Positions 8,336-19,766 of a DNA stretch of 25,500 nucleotides are shown here, piece by piece. Source of the stretch: an uncultured Lachnospiraceae bacterium (lineage in GTDB: Bacteria; Bacillota; Clostridia; Oscillospirales; CAG-272). The notes beneath the pieces were generated by a model. The model searched no databases. It was given only the letters and a program-made list of their open reading frames with translations, and was not told the DNA's origin. The stretch lies in assembly GCA_964527575.1 (NCBI GenBank), contig CAZGQH010000001.1:1-25500 (forward strand), in the 5' to 3' direction. How positions within the stretch are numbered: the first letter of the stretch is position 1; the number at the start of each line of letters is the position of its first letter. Position numbers and translations under genes: made by a program.

Positions 8336-9601
8336 TCACCGGATCTGCCCGCTGCCCCGGATGATATACTTATAGGTGTTCAGCTCCGAAAGCCCCATCG
8401 GCCCCCGGGCGTGAAGCTTCTGGGTGGAAATGCCGATCTCACAGCCCTTTCCGAATTCGCCCCCGTCGGTAAAGCGCGTGGAAGCATTCACATAGACCGC
8501 CGCGCTGTCCACCCGAGAAAGAAAGCACTCCGCCCGCTTTTCGTCAGCGGTGATGATGGCCTCGCTGTGGTGGGTGGAATGGGATGCGATGTGGGAGAGC
8601 GCTCCGTCAAGACCGTCCACCACCTTTACCGCTAAGATATAGTCGAGAAATTCCCGGTCAAAGTCACCCGCCTCTGCGGGAGTGCCCGCAATACAGGAAG
8701 CCGCTTCTTCATCCAGCTTCAGCTCTACCGGCACCTTTCCCTCTCCGGCGCGCCGCTCGACTAGCCGCTCATGCAAAAGGGGGAGAAAAGCCGACGCAAT
8801 CGCCCGATCCACCAGACAGACCTCCGCCGCATTGCAGACCGAGGGACGGCTGGTCTTGGCGTTTTCAAGAATCGAAAGCGCCATGTCAAAATCGGCATGG
8901 CGATCGACATAGATATGGCAGATGCCGGTTCCGGTCTCGATACAGGGGACAGTCGCCTTCTCAAGACAGGTGCGGATCAGCCCGGCCCCTCCCCGGGGAA
9001 TCAGAAGATCCACAAGGCCCCGCGCCTGCATCAGCTTCACTGCTCCTTCCCGGCTGCGATCCTCCGCTAAGTTCACAAGCCCTTCGGGCAGTCCTATCGA
9101 GGAAAGCCCCTTTTGCAGGGCGGTTACAATCGCAGCACAGGAACGATAGCTCTCCCGCCCGCAGCGCAGAAAGGACAGATTGCCGCTCATCAGACAGAGC
9201 GCCGCCGTATCGGCCGCCACATTGGGGCGGCTCTCAAAGATCACTGCCACAAGACCGAAGGGCACCGAAATCTTCTTGATCAACATCCCCTTCGGATGGG
9301 TCACTTCCTCGAGCTCCCGCCCCACCGGGTCGGGAAGCGAGGCCACCTGCAATATTCCCTCCTTCATGGCTTCGATACGCTCTTCGGTGAGGAGCAGGCG
9401 ATCGAGCATGACCGCCCCCATGGCCTTTGCCTCGGCAAGGTCGACAGCATTGGCGGCAAGAATCGCCTCCCGCCCGACAGAGAGCGCCTCTGCCATGGCA
9501 GAGAGCGCCCGCCGTTTTTCTTCGGCAGAAAGGGATGCCGCAAAGGGTACAAGCGCCTTGGCTGCCCGCAGCTGCTCTTCAATTGACAAAATATCGCTCA
9601 T
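8336..9601 (-). CDS. proA: gamma-glutamyl phosphate reductase
   Basis: IFESRPNV, LLIPRGGAGLI, ETGTGICHIYVD, SRPSVCNAAE, HSTHHSEAIIT, VNASTRFTDGGEFG, GISTQKLHARGPMGL. Confidence 0.97.
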   Translation of the reverse strand: MSDILSIEEQLRAAKALVPFAASLSAEEKRRALSAMAEALSVGREAILAANAVDLAEAKAMGAVMLDRLLLTEERIEAMKEGILQVASLPDPVGRELEEVTHPKGMLIKKISVPFGLVAVIFESRPNVAADTAALCLMSGNLSFLRCGRESYRSCAAIVTALQKGLSSIGLPEGLVNLAEDRSREGAVKLMQARGLVDLLIPRGGAGLIRTCLEKATVPCIETGTGICHIYVDRHADFDMALSILENAKTSRPSVCNAAEVCLVDRAIASAFLPLLHERLVERRAGEGKVPVELKLDEEAASCIAGTPAEAGDFDREFLDYILAVKVVDGLDGALSHIASHSTHHSEAIITADEKRAECFLSRVDSAAVYVNASTRFTDGGEFGKGCEIGISTQKLHARGPMGLSELNTYKYIIRGSGQIR

Positions 9602-9646
9602 AAAACACTCCTTATTCGAACAACGACCGAGATCGTGCGGCTTCTA

Positions 9647-10414
9647 TCACTTTTTGGCGCGGAATTCGGTTCCCACCGGCCGCCCTGCCGCGATATCATA
9701 GAGTGCGGACGGCCGCGCCCCGTTGGCAATGATCATCGAACAGCCCGCCGCGAGAACGATTTTGGCCGCCGCCAGCTTGGTCTTCATGCCGCCGGTGCCG
9801 AAGCCGCTGCCGGCCTGTCCGCCCAACGCCTCAATCGCATCGTTCAGCTCCTCCACCAGTGGAATCAGCTCGGCGGAAGAATCTACCCGGGGATCGGCGG
9901 TGTAAAGCCCGTCGATGTCCGAGAGCAGTACCAAAAGATCGGCGCCCACACTCTTGGCCACCAGCGCCGACAGCGTGTCGTTGTCCCCCACCTTGATCTC
10001 CTCGGTCGCCACCGTGTCGTTTTCGTTCATGATCGGCAGCGCTCCCAGAGCCAGCAGCCGGTTTAAGGTATTGGTGAAATTGGCGTGGCGGTCGGGATGG
10101 GAAAAATCGTCCCCGGTGATCAGAATCTGCGCCACCGTATGACCGTATTCCGAAAAAAGCTTGTCGTACACATACATCAGCTCGCACTGCCCCACCGCCG
10201 CCGCGGCCTGCTTGGTGGGAATGTCGGCGGGGCGCTCCTTCAGAGGAAGCTTCCCTACCCCCATAGCCACCGCTCCCGAGGAAACCAATACCGCCTCGTG
10301 CCCCGCGTTGGCAAGATCGTTCAGCCCCCGGCAGAGCTCTTCGGTTCGCCGGATATTCAGCCGCCCCGTACTGTGCGTCAGGGTGGAACTTCCCACCTTT
10401 ATAACCATTCGCAT
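9647..10414 (-). CDS. proB: glutamate 5-kinase (short form, no PUA domain)
   Basis: VIKVGSSTLT, LVSSGAVAMG, QAAAAVGQ, PIMNENDTV, GDNDTLSA, LSDIDGLY, GTGGMKTKL. Confidence 0.97.
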   Translation of the reverse strand: MRMVIKVGSSTLTHSTGRLNIRRTEELCRGLNDLANAGHEAVLVSSGAVAMGVGKLPLKERPADIPTKQAAAAVGQCELMYVYDKLFSEYGHTVAQILITGDDFSHPDRHANFTNTLNRLLALGALPIMNENDTVATEEIKVGDNDTLSALVAKSVGADLLVLLSDIDGLYTADPRVDSSAELIPLVEELNDAIEALGGQAGSGFGTGGMKTKLAAAKIVLAAGCSMIIANGARPSALYDIAAGRPVGTEFRAKK

Positions 10415-10441
10415 ACCGTCACCCCTCCTTTGAATGCTACT

Positions 10442-10470
10442 ATTATACCCACAAGAGAAGGAAAAGTCAA
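10442..10470 (-). promoter_or_regulatory. sigmaA-type promoter of the proBAC operon
   Basis: Minus strand TTGACT-17 nt-TATAAT, followed by AAAGGAGG RBS and the proB ATG. Confidence 0.75.
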
Positions 10471-10520
10471 GAAAAAATACAATAACCGCAGACCCGCAAA
10501 CTTATAAATCCAAAAGAAGC

Positions 10521-10555
10521 AAAAAAGAAGTCCGAACCGGATCGGTTCGGACTTC
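10521..10555 (-). terminator. intrinsic terminator downstream of groEL
   Basis: 13-bp stem GAAGTCCGAACCG / CGGTTCGGACTTC followed on the minus strand by a T6 run. Confidence 0.85.
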
Positions 10556-10588
10556 CCAAAATATCGGCAGAAAATTGCTTGGAAGCGA

Positions 10589-12304
<1,716 letters not shown>

Positions 12305-12336
12305 CTATTCGCTGCGAACAGCCATTTCGCAGATAA

Positions 12337-12777
<441 letters not shown>

Positions 12778-12898
12778 TTACAAAAAATTAACATTTAATC
12801 CAATAAAAACCGACGCCGTCAACCCCAAGTCGCCGACAGGCCTTCATAACCCTTTATCTCTTTGAATAAAGATAGAGCAAAAACTCCGGGAGGAAACC

Positions 12899-14311
12899 AT
12901 GCTCCGCCTGATTACCACCTACCTGATCGGCCCGGCGCTGCCGGCTTTTTTGCTTTTTTCCGGCTTTTTCTTAAATATGAAGCTCTCGTTTCTTCCCTTT
13001 ACGAAGACCGGTGCCATCGCCAGAAGCCTCACGAAAAAGGTCGCCCCCGGCGGCGTCTCACCCCTGCGCGCCCTGTCGGTGGCGCTGGCCGGGACGCTGG
13101 GAGTGGGCAATATCGTCGGGGTAGCGGTGGCCCTCCGGGCCGGCGGGCCGGGAGCTCTCTTCTGGATGTGGGTGAGTGCCCTCTTCTCCATGGTGCTGAA
13201 ATATGGGGAGACTGTTCTCGCCCTCCGCCACCGAAAGCTCCGCACGCCTGCGGGAGAAATCCTCGAGCCCACCCCGAAAAATCGCATGGAACACCCATCT
13301 GCAAAGCTTGTTGGCGGTGCCATGTACTATATCAGAAGCCGACCGGGAGCATTTTTCTTTGCCCTCTTCTGCCTCGCCTCCTCCTTCACGGTGGGCAACC
13401 TCTTGCAGACCAACGCCGTGGCGCTCTCCTTTGAGGAGGTCTTCGGCATCCCACCGGCGGTCAGCGGCGTCCTCCTCGCCCTTCTCACCTTCTTTGTCAT
13501 CGTCAAGGGCATCGGCCGCATCTCCTCCTTCTGCGCCCTGGTGGTGCCGCTCCTCTCCTTTCTCTACCTCGCCATGTCGCTCTTTATCCTCTTAAAAAAC
13601 GGCGCCGCCCTCCCCTCCCTCTTTACCCAAATCCTGAAGAGCGCCTTTAGCCTAAAAGCCGCAGGAGGCGGCATCGGCGGCAGCCTTCTTCTCAAGGGAA
13701 TGCAGGTGGGCTTTGCCCGGGGACTCATCACCAACGAGGCGGGCTGCGGCACCGCTCCCATCGCCCATGCCACCGCCGAGACCGACTCCCCGGTGGCGCA
13801 AGGCTTTCTCGGTATCGTGGAGGTCTTCTTCGACACCATCGTACTCTGCACCGTAACCGGCCTTGTGCTGCTCCTCTCGATCGACCGCTACCCCACCCTC
13901 GACGGCATGGCGCTGGTCAACGCCGCTTTCGGCGAGACCTTCGGCCCGGTCGCCCCGGTCTTTCTCGCCATCGCCGTCTTCCTCTTTGTGCTGGCCACGC
14001 TGGTGGGCTGGTCCTTCTACGGAAAGAGCGCGCTGGAATACCTCACAGCGAAAAAGAGCTCCGGCTTTCTCTACTGCCTCGTCTTCTCCCTGACCGCCTT
14101 CTTCGGCGCCCTGGGCACCCCCGCCCTCCTCTGGACCCTCTCGGACATCACCTGCGCCGCCATGACCTTTCTCAATACCTCCACCCTCCTTCGCCGCAGC
14201 AGCGAGATCAAGGAGGAAACCGACCGCTATTTTGAAGAGGAAAAAACGAAGCGATCTTCAAAAGCAGGTCTGCTCCATCCCCCCAAAAAAGCAGAAAGAA
14301 GCGACCTGTAA
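12899..14311 (+). CDS. sodium:alanine/glycine symporter (AGCS family, AlsT-like)
   Basis: ALSVALAGTLGVGNIVGVA, GGPGALFWMW, GGAMYYI, GNLLQTN, RGLITNEAGCGTAPIAHA, VFFDTIVLCTVTG, TLVGWSFYG. Multiple TM segments. GGAGG RBS. Confidence 0.92.
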   Translation: MLRLITTYLIGPALPAFLLFSGFFLNMKLSFLPFTKTGAIARSLTKKVAPGGVSPLRALSVALAGTLGVGNIVGVAVALRAGGPGALFWMWVSALFSMVLKYGETVLALRHRKLRTPAGEILEPTPKNRMEHPSAKLVGGAMYYIRSRPGAFFFALFCLASSFTVGNLLQTNAVALSFEEVFGIPPAVSGVLLALLTFFVIVKGIGRISSFCALVVPLLSFLYLAMSLFILLKNGAALPSLFTQILKSAFSLKAAGGGIGGSLLLKGMQVGFARGLITNEAGCGTAPIAHATAETDSPVAQGFLGIVEVFFDTIVLCTVTGLVLLLSIDRYPTLDGMALVNAAFGETFGPVAPVFLAIAVFLFVLATLVGWSFYGKSALEYLTAKKSSGFLYCLVFSLTAFFGALGTPALLWTLSDITCAAMTFLNTSTLLRRSSEIKEETDRYFEEEKTKRSSKAGLLHPPKKAERSDL

Positions 14312-14331
14312 GGCCGCTTCTTTCTGCTTTT
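14287..14331. terminator. bidirectional terminator between the symporter and hsdR; left edge of the defence region
   Basis: Perfect 17-bp inverted repeat AAAAGCAGAAAGAAGCG / CGCTTCTTTCTGCTTTT. The symporter stop codon lies in the loop. Confidence 0.85.
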
Positions 14332-14345
14332 GAAAAGCTATCTTG

Positions 14346-17300
14346 TTATACCTCGTTCTGATCGGTCCAAAGTTCGCACTGGCGGATAACCGTATCGATG
14401 GCATCCTCATATTTTTCCGGCGGATAGTGATAGTGCTTCAAAAGCCGCTTGACCATCTTCCGCATACCGGCGCGGGCCGTCTCTTTTTTCTGCCAGTCGA
14501 TGGTACGGCTTTTGCGGAGCATTTCGGTCAGCTCGCGCGTCAAGGCGATCAAGGTATCGTTTTCGTAAAAATCCCGGATATGCTCCGGCTTCGTCAAAGC
14601 ATCGTAGAACGCCAGCTCTTCTTCCGAAAGTCCCAGCTTTTCTCCCTCCCTGCGAAGGGTGTTGATCTCTTCCGCCGTTTTCAGAATCTCTTTGATAACC
14701 TCTTCATTGGTAATCAGGCCGTTGTAGTAGGTGTTCATCAGCAGCGTGATCTTCTCGGAAAAGACAGTCGCCTTGACCACATTGGTCCGGCGATAGATCG
14801 CAATCTGCTCAGCCATAAGCTTCCGCAGGATCTCCGCCACCAGATTCTTTTCCTTCATCTTGGCGATTTCGGCCAGCACATCGGGATCGAAAAGCGAAAA
14901 ACGCTCCCCAAGCCTGTCGCTCTCAAAGAGGTTGATCACCCCCTCGGACTGAATGCTCGCTTTCAGAAGCGCATTAATCTCTGCGTTGATTTCCTTCAGC
15001 GAAAGTGGCTTTCCGCCACCGCCGCCCATGGTGATTTTCATCACGGCAGCGCGAACCGCTTCAAAATATGCCGCCGCATGGCGCTCTTCCCCGGTCGTCA
15101 TACTGGAACAGAGCGACTCTGCCTGACGGAGCAGCAGCGCCTCCTTAATAAACAGCTCTTTTCGTTTCGGCACTCGAGCGTCCAGAATAAAGTTGACGCC
15201 TCCGGTGATAACCTGTGCCTTTTCAAGCGGGGTTCCGGTGAAGAATTTACCGTGATCAAATCCATGAAACAGATCGCGGCAGACCTGCAGCTTCTCCTGA
15301 AATTTCGGATAGGCGGTCTTTCCGATATCCATATCGCCGTATTTCTGCCGGTCGCGGGCGGTATACTCCCGCATGGCCTCTTTGAGCGCGGATGCGATGC
15401 CGACATAATCGACGATCAGCCCGCCCTCTTTATCCCCGAACACACGGTTGACGCGGGCAATCGCCTGCATCAGATTGTACCCGTGCATAGGCTTGTACAC
15501 ATACATGGTGGCAAGAGACGGCAGGTCAAAACCGGTCAGCCACATATCCACCACAATGGCGATTTTCAAAGAATCATCGTTGTCCTTGAATCTGCGCGCC
15601 AGTTCTTCTTTATAGGCCTTTGTTCCGACAATCTCTTTCCAATCCTCCGGATCGTTGTTGCCACCCGTCATGACAACGGCAAGCTTTTCCTTCCAGCTTG
15701 GACGCAGCTCTAATATTTTACGATAAATTTTGATGGCGATGGGGCGGGAATAGGCCACGATCATCGCCTTTCCGGTCAGAAGATTCGCGCGGTTTGCTTC
15801 ATAGTGGGTGACGATATCCTCACACAGCGACTGTATCGTGGAATCCGCGCCGAGTACGCTTTCCATCTGCCCGAGCATCTTCTTGCTCTTCTCGATCGTG
15901 GCGCTGTCGGACATCTGCTCCAGCGCGTCATAGGTGGCGTCGATCAGTCGGAGCATGTCCGGGTCGAGCTTCAAATGGATGACACGGCTTTCGTAATAGA
16001 CCGGGCGCGTTGCGCCGTCCTCCACTGCCTGCGTCATATCGTAAATGTCGATGTAATCGCCGAACACCGCGCGGGTGTTGCGGTCCTTGGAGGATACCGG
16101 CGTGCCGGTAAACCCAACAAAAGTGGCATTGGGCAGCGCGTCATGAAGGATTCGCGCATTGCCGGTGACCACACGGGCTTCTTGGTTGCCCTCGCTGTCT
16201 TCGGCCATCACCACGCGCTCGTCAAAGCCGTATTGCCCCCGGTGGGCTTCGTCTGCGATAACCACAAGATTCCGGCGGTCGGAAAGCGGTGCCTCCCCCT
16301 TTTCAAACTTGAACATGGTGGTAAAAATAATGCCGTGTGCGGCCCGGCCGGCAAGGAGGGATTTCAGATGCTCCTTGCTTTCCGCCTGAAGCGGGGTCTG
16401 ACGGAGAAAGCCGGCGCATTTGCAGAACTGCGCGTAAAGCTGATCGTCCAGATCGATACGGTCGGTCATCACGACAATCGTCGGGCTATGTAATACCTCC
16501 TGCAAAAGATGCGCGTAAAAGACCATCGACAGCGATTTGCCGCTTCCCTGCGTGTGCCAGAAGACGCCGCCCTTCCCGTCGGTCCTGGTGGCAGCGACCG
16601 CTTTTTCTGCCGCCTTGCGCACGGCGAAATACTGGTGATAGCCGGCAAGAATCTTGGCCGGCTTTTCGGCATCGTCGGAGAAACAGATGAAGTTTTTCAG
16701 AAGATCAAGCAGCCGCTCCTTTTGAAACATACCCTCATAAAAGGTGTCAAACTGCGCATAGGCGGTGTTTTCGTAGCTGCCGTCCTTCGTTTTCCACTCC
16801 ATAAAGCGGTCAAATCCAGAGGTGATCGTCCCCGCCTTGTTGGTAGAAAGATCGCTGATGACGCAGATGGCATTGTAAATAAAGATCGATGGGATGTCCT
16901 GCATATAATTCCGGAGCTGATTGAAGGCATTTTCCGCGCCCACCTCGTCCTGAGAGGGACTCTTCAGCTCCATCAGGACAAGCGGCATACCGTTGATAAA
17001 TAAAAGGATGTCCGGACGGCGGTTGTTGCCGTTTTCGATGAAGGTATACTGATTAACCACCGAAAACTCGTTGTTTGCCGGCTTTTCGTAGTCAATCAGC
17101 CGCACAAGCGCCGCGCGCTCCTCCCCGTCCGCAAGATAATTCACCTCTACGCCGTCCTGCAGATACCCCGTGAAGGTGCGGTTCTTCTGCACAAGACTTC
17201 CGCTCTCAAATTCGCACAGCTTCCCCATCGCTTCCCGAATCGCCGCCATCGGCAGACCCCGATTGATCCGGACAAGCGCATCCTGAAGCACACCGGTCAA

Positions 17301-17414
17301 AAGTGGACTCGAAAAGTCCTCCCGATTCAGATCGGGAGCGTATATGTGGGTATATCCCATGCGCTCGAATAGCTCGATGATGGCTTGTTCGAAGGTAGAT
17401 TCGGTGAATGACAT
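14346..17414 (-). CDS. hsdR: Type I restriction enzyme subunit R
   Basis: Nuclease motif RRPDILLFING...ELK, Walker A WHTQGSGKS, IADEAHR, GFTGTP, IVVDMWLTGFD, QAIARVNR. 1022 aa. Confidence 0.96.
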   Translation of the reverse strand: MSFTESTFEQAIIELFERMGYTHIYAPDLNREDFSSPLLTGVLQDALVRINRGLPMAAIREAMGKLCEFESGSLVQKNRTFTGYLQDGVEVNYLADGEERAALVRLIDYEKPANNEFSVVNQYTFIENGNNRRPDILLFINGMPLVLMELKSPSQDEVGAENAFNQLRNYMQDIPSIFIYNAICVISDLSTNKAGTITSGFDRFMEWKTKDGSYENTAYAQFDTFYEGMFQKERLLDLLKNFICFSDDAEKPAKILAGYHQYFAVRKAAEKAVAATRTDGKGGVFWHTQGSGKSLSMVFYAHLLQEVLHSPTIVVMTDRIDLDDQLYAQFCKCAGFLRQTPLQAESKEHLKSLLAGRAAHGIIFTTMFKFEKGEAPLSDRRNLVVIADEAHRGQYGFDERVVMAEDSEGNQEARVVTGNARILHDALPNATFVGFTGTPVSSKDRNTRAVFGDYIDIYDMTQAVEDGATRPVYYESRVIHLKLDPDMLRLIDATYDALEQMSDSATIEKSKKMLGQMESVLGADSTIQSLCEDIVTHYEANRANLLTGKAMIVAYSRPIAIKIYRKILELRPSWKEKLAVVMTGGNNDPEDWKEIVGTKAYKEELARRFKDNDDSLKIAIVVDMWLTGFDLPSLATMYVYKPMHGYNLMQAIARVNRVFGDKEGGLIVDYVGIASALKEAMREYTARDRQKYGDMDIGKTAYPKFQEKLQVCRDLFHGFDHGKFFTGTPLEKAQVITGGVNFILDARVPKRKELFIKEALLLRQAESLCSSMTTGEERHAAAYFEAVRAAVMKITMGGGGGKPLSLKEINAEINALLKASIQSEGVINLFESDRLGERFSLFDPDVLAEIAKMKEKNLVAEILRKLMAEQIAIYRRTNVVKATVFSEKITLLMNTYYNGLITNEEVIKEILKTAEEINTLRREGEKLGLSEEELAFYDALTKPEHIRDFYENDTLIALTRELTEMLRKSRTIDWQKKETARAGMRKMVKRLLKHYHYPPEKYEDAIDTVIRQCELWTDQNEV

Positions 17415-17539
17415 ATTACTCTCCGATTAATTATTGTATTTTGTGTTTATTAAACTTTTGTGTTTAAAATATCAAGATAATTCTGTGATTTTTAAAATAT
17501 GATTACTGCATAATCTTATCAGCATAGCATTTTCATTGT

Positions 17540-19585
17540 CTATTTATCGCTAAGCACTTTTAACTGCTGCTTAAAATATTTTGAGCAAAGCTTGTCCTTT
17601 CGTTTTTCCGAAGATAGATATTCCCAAACTTTCCCCAAATATGTCGGTAAAGTTATCACAAAGAGATTAAAGAGCCATACGATTGCACTTACAATTACCT
17701 CACTTATGTCTTCACTCTCTAGAATGTTGGTTAGCAAACTTGCGATCGGCTTCACCTTGAATATCCAACACAGCAAAATAACCACTGCTAGCAATATTAC
17801 AATTCCTGTGACAATTAGTGGAATATGTGCTCGATGAGAAAACCATTCAACTTTTCTTTGAGCCTTTCTTTGAGAATATATTTGAGCATATTCTTCAGAG
17901 GACTTTTTGCTTTCTAATTCTTTTCTATATTCTTCCGTAGCTTTTTTCGATGCTTCTTTTTCTGCTTCAACGGCTTTTAACAATTCTTCTTTGTGCAATC
18001 CTTTTTCCTGTTTCAAAATTTTATCAAAAGCACAATCAACTGATACTTCATAATTTTCAGGATCATCGAAAGAATAATTACCTCTGTTTTCCAGAATCTC
18101 CTCAATGATACTTTCCTTAAGACGAGTATCAACTGTTTTTTGAGATATTACCGATAAAAGCTCAACTGGATTGATATTGATATTATCTTCTTCAGTGCGA
18201 AAATGTCTCAAAGTCATAAACATACAAAATGATTTGTAGTCATCATCTGTAGCTCTGCCAGCAACTTTTAAGATAATTGACAACCAAAGGCTGGGAATAA
18301 CCACAATCGGAACCCCGTTGAAGTTTTCCTCTGACCATGCGACAAGCAGTTGATCCGCAGAAACTATGTATTCGTTCATGCTCCATAGATTTTTTGCATT
18401 TGGAGGGCGTATTGAATTAATATACAGTACCTGACATACATCTGTTTTTATCGAATCATCGGTGGTTCTTTTATATGGTCTTTTTTCAGTTTTGTATTGT
18501 TTTAAACTTTCAAAAAGTTGTTGCTTCGTTTGGGAGGAAATATTGATGGTCGAAGAATCAACATATTCAAAATCTTTAATGGCGCTACTAATCTTGCTTA
18601 TCAAATATTTTCTGAAAGACGCATAATCATTGTATTTGTTTTGAATTTCTTTGCACCAGTTGTAATAAATCAAATAAAAATCATTGATTTCAAATCCACC
18701 AGATATCTTCGATAACATCTCTGCATTTACCGGAGGTTGAGCGTTCGTAATTGCTCGTATATATTTTATCTGTGCATCGATAACTCTATATAATTCATTT
18801 AGTACCGCACTCGAGTAACATAAAGTGATTCCAACTTCTTTGCATTTTTCAACAAATGCTTTTGAAACAAATTTTCGTTCATCTTTATTAAATCCAGCAA
18901 TTCTAAAAATAATATTCGTATCAAGGAAGAATTTTTTTCCTCTAAAGATCGACTTGGAAATTGTAGGATTTTTGTTCGATGTAATCAGACAATACTCATA
19001 GCAAGACGATATAACCGAATAAAGGAATCTGTTTTTATCATCATTTTCCCATCGTAAAAATTCATTAATAATTTCAATCTCTTCCGAAGATGGATTAAAT
19101 TCACTGTTAAATCTCAAAAAGGAAATCTTTTCTGAATCACCATCCATAATAGTAAGTAAATTTTGGGCATTTGAGTTAAAGCAATAATATAAAAAACTCT
19201 GTATAAGACTTAAAAGTGCGTTCTCGTCAAAATCAGTTCTTTCATCGGAAAAAAGTTTCAAATAGTATTTCAGTTTTTCCAATGCAGACGATTGTGCCGC
19301 CAATTGATTAGCCGTTTTTTCACTCAATTGGTAATACAGCCCGTTTTTTACAATTCTCCCCCGACCTTTTGCTTTAATAGCTGTCTCAATTTCAGTAATA
19401 TCAAACTCAAGTAGAAACTTATTTTTTATTCTTGTACAGATTTCTAAAGATGACTGCTCATTTTTCTCGGAATCAAATAGAATGTACTCAGCAAATTTGC
19501 AAATATACTTATCTCTGGTTGTAGCGCCCTGATTCTCGAGAATCATCGATAAACGAAGCAAGTCCTTCTCCTCGAAGTTTGTCAT
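17540..19585 (-). CDS. AT-rich 681-aa protein: putative PIN-like nuclease domain, coiled coil and two C-terminal TM helices
   Basis: Long ORF in very AT-rich DNA with a GGAGG RBS 9 nt before ATG. PIN-like pattern FFLDTNII (D222), SAVLNEL (E264), IKTDV (D382), IVSADQLL (D411). Charged helical stretch at about aa 521-580. Hydrophobic segments at about aa 588-609 and 630-650. ORF confidence is high; the domain call is moderate. Confidence 0.7.
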   Translation of the reverse strand: MTNFEEKDLLRLSMILENQGATTRDKYICKFAEYILFDSEKNEQSSLEICTRIKNKFLLEFDITEIETAIKAKGRGRIVKNGLYYQLSEKTANQLAAQSSALEKLKYYLKLFSDERTDFDENALLSLIQSFLYYCFNSNAQNLLTIMDGDSEKISFLRFNSEFNPSSEEIEIINEFLRWENDDKNRFLYSVISSCYEYCLITSNKNPTISKSIFRGKKFFLDTNIIFRIAGFNKDERKFVSKAFVEKCKEVGITLCYSSAVLNELYRVIDAQIKYIRAITNAQPPVNAEMLSKISGGFEINDFYLIYYNWCKEIQNKYNDYASFRKYLISKISSAIKDFEYVDSSTINISSQTKQQLFESLKQYKTEKRPYKRTTDDSIKTDVCQVLYINSIRPPNAKNLWSMNEYIVSADQLLVAWSEENFNGVPIVVIPSLWLSIILKVAGRATDDDYKSFCMFMTLRHFRTEEDNININPVELLSVISQKTVDTRLKESIIEEILENRGNYSFDDPENYEVSVDCAFDKILKQEKGLHKEELLKAVEAEKEASKKATEEYRKELESKKSSEEYAQIYSQRKAQRKVEWFSHRAHIPLIVTGIVILLAVVILLCWIFKVKPIASLLTNILESEDISEVIVSAIVWLFNLFVITLPTYLGKVWEYLSSEKRKDKLCSKYFKQQLKVLSDK

Positions 19586-19673
19586 TTTTGTTATCCTCCA
19601 TTTCGGCTAAATAATCACAGTCAATAAGTTCATCCATTGATGAGAGAAGCCACTTTACAATTTCATTAATCAT
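19509..19673 (-). CDS. candidate 54-aa acidic small protein overlapping the start of the PIN-like gene
   Basis: GAGGTG RBS (19682-19687) lies 8 nt before ATG 19673. Reads MINEIVKWLLSSMDELIDCDYLAEMEDNKNDKLRGEGLASFIDDSRESGRYNQR*. Overlaps the downstream gene by 77 nt, which lowers confidence. Confidence 0.3.
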   Translation of the reverse strand: MINEIVKWLLSSMDELIDCDYLAEMEDNKNDKLRGEGLASFIDDSRESGRYNQR

Positions 19674-19766
19674 ATCCATATCACCTCAACACCATTTTAT
19701 TTAGTATCGGCATTGATTGTGATATATAAACCCAAGTTAAAAAATAGTTAAACGATAATTAGCAGC

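Noticed and set aside
17540-19585. PrrC or RloC anticodon nuclease identity for the hsdS-hsdR insert
   Set aside because: No Walker A/B or ABC signature and no obvious HEPN Rx4-6H at the C-terminus. It has a PIN-like DTN motif and TM helices instead.
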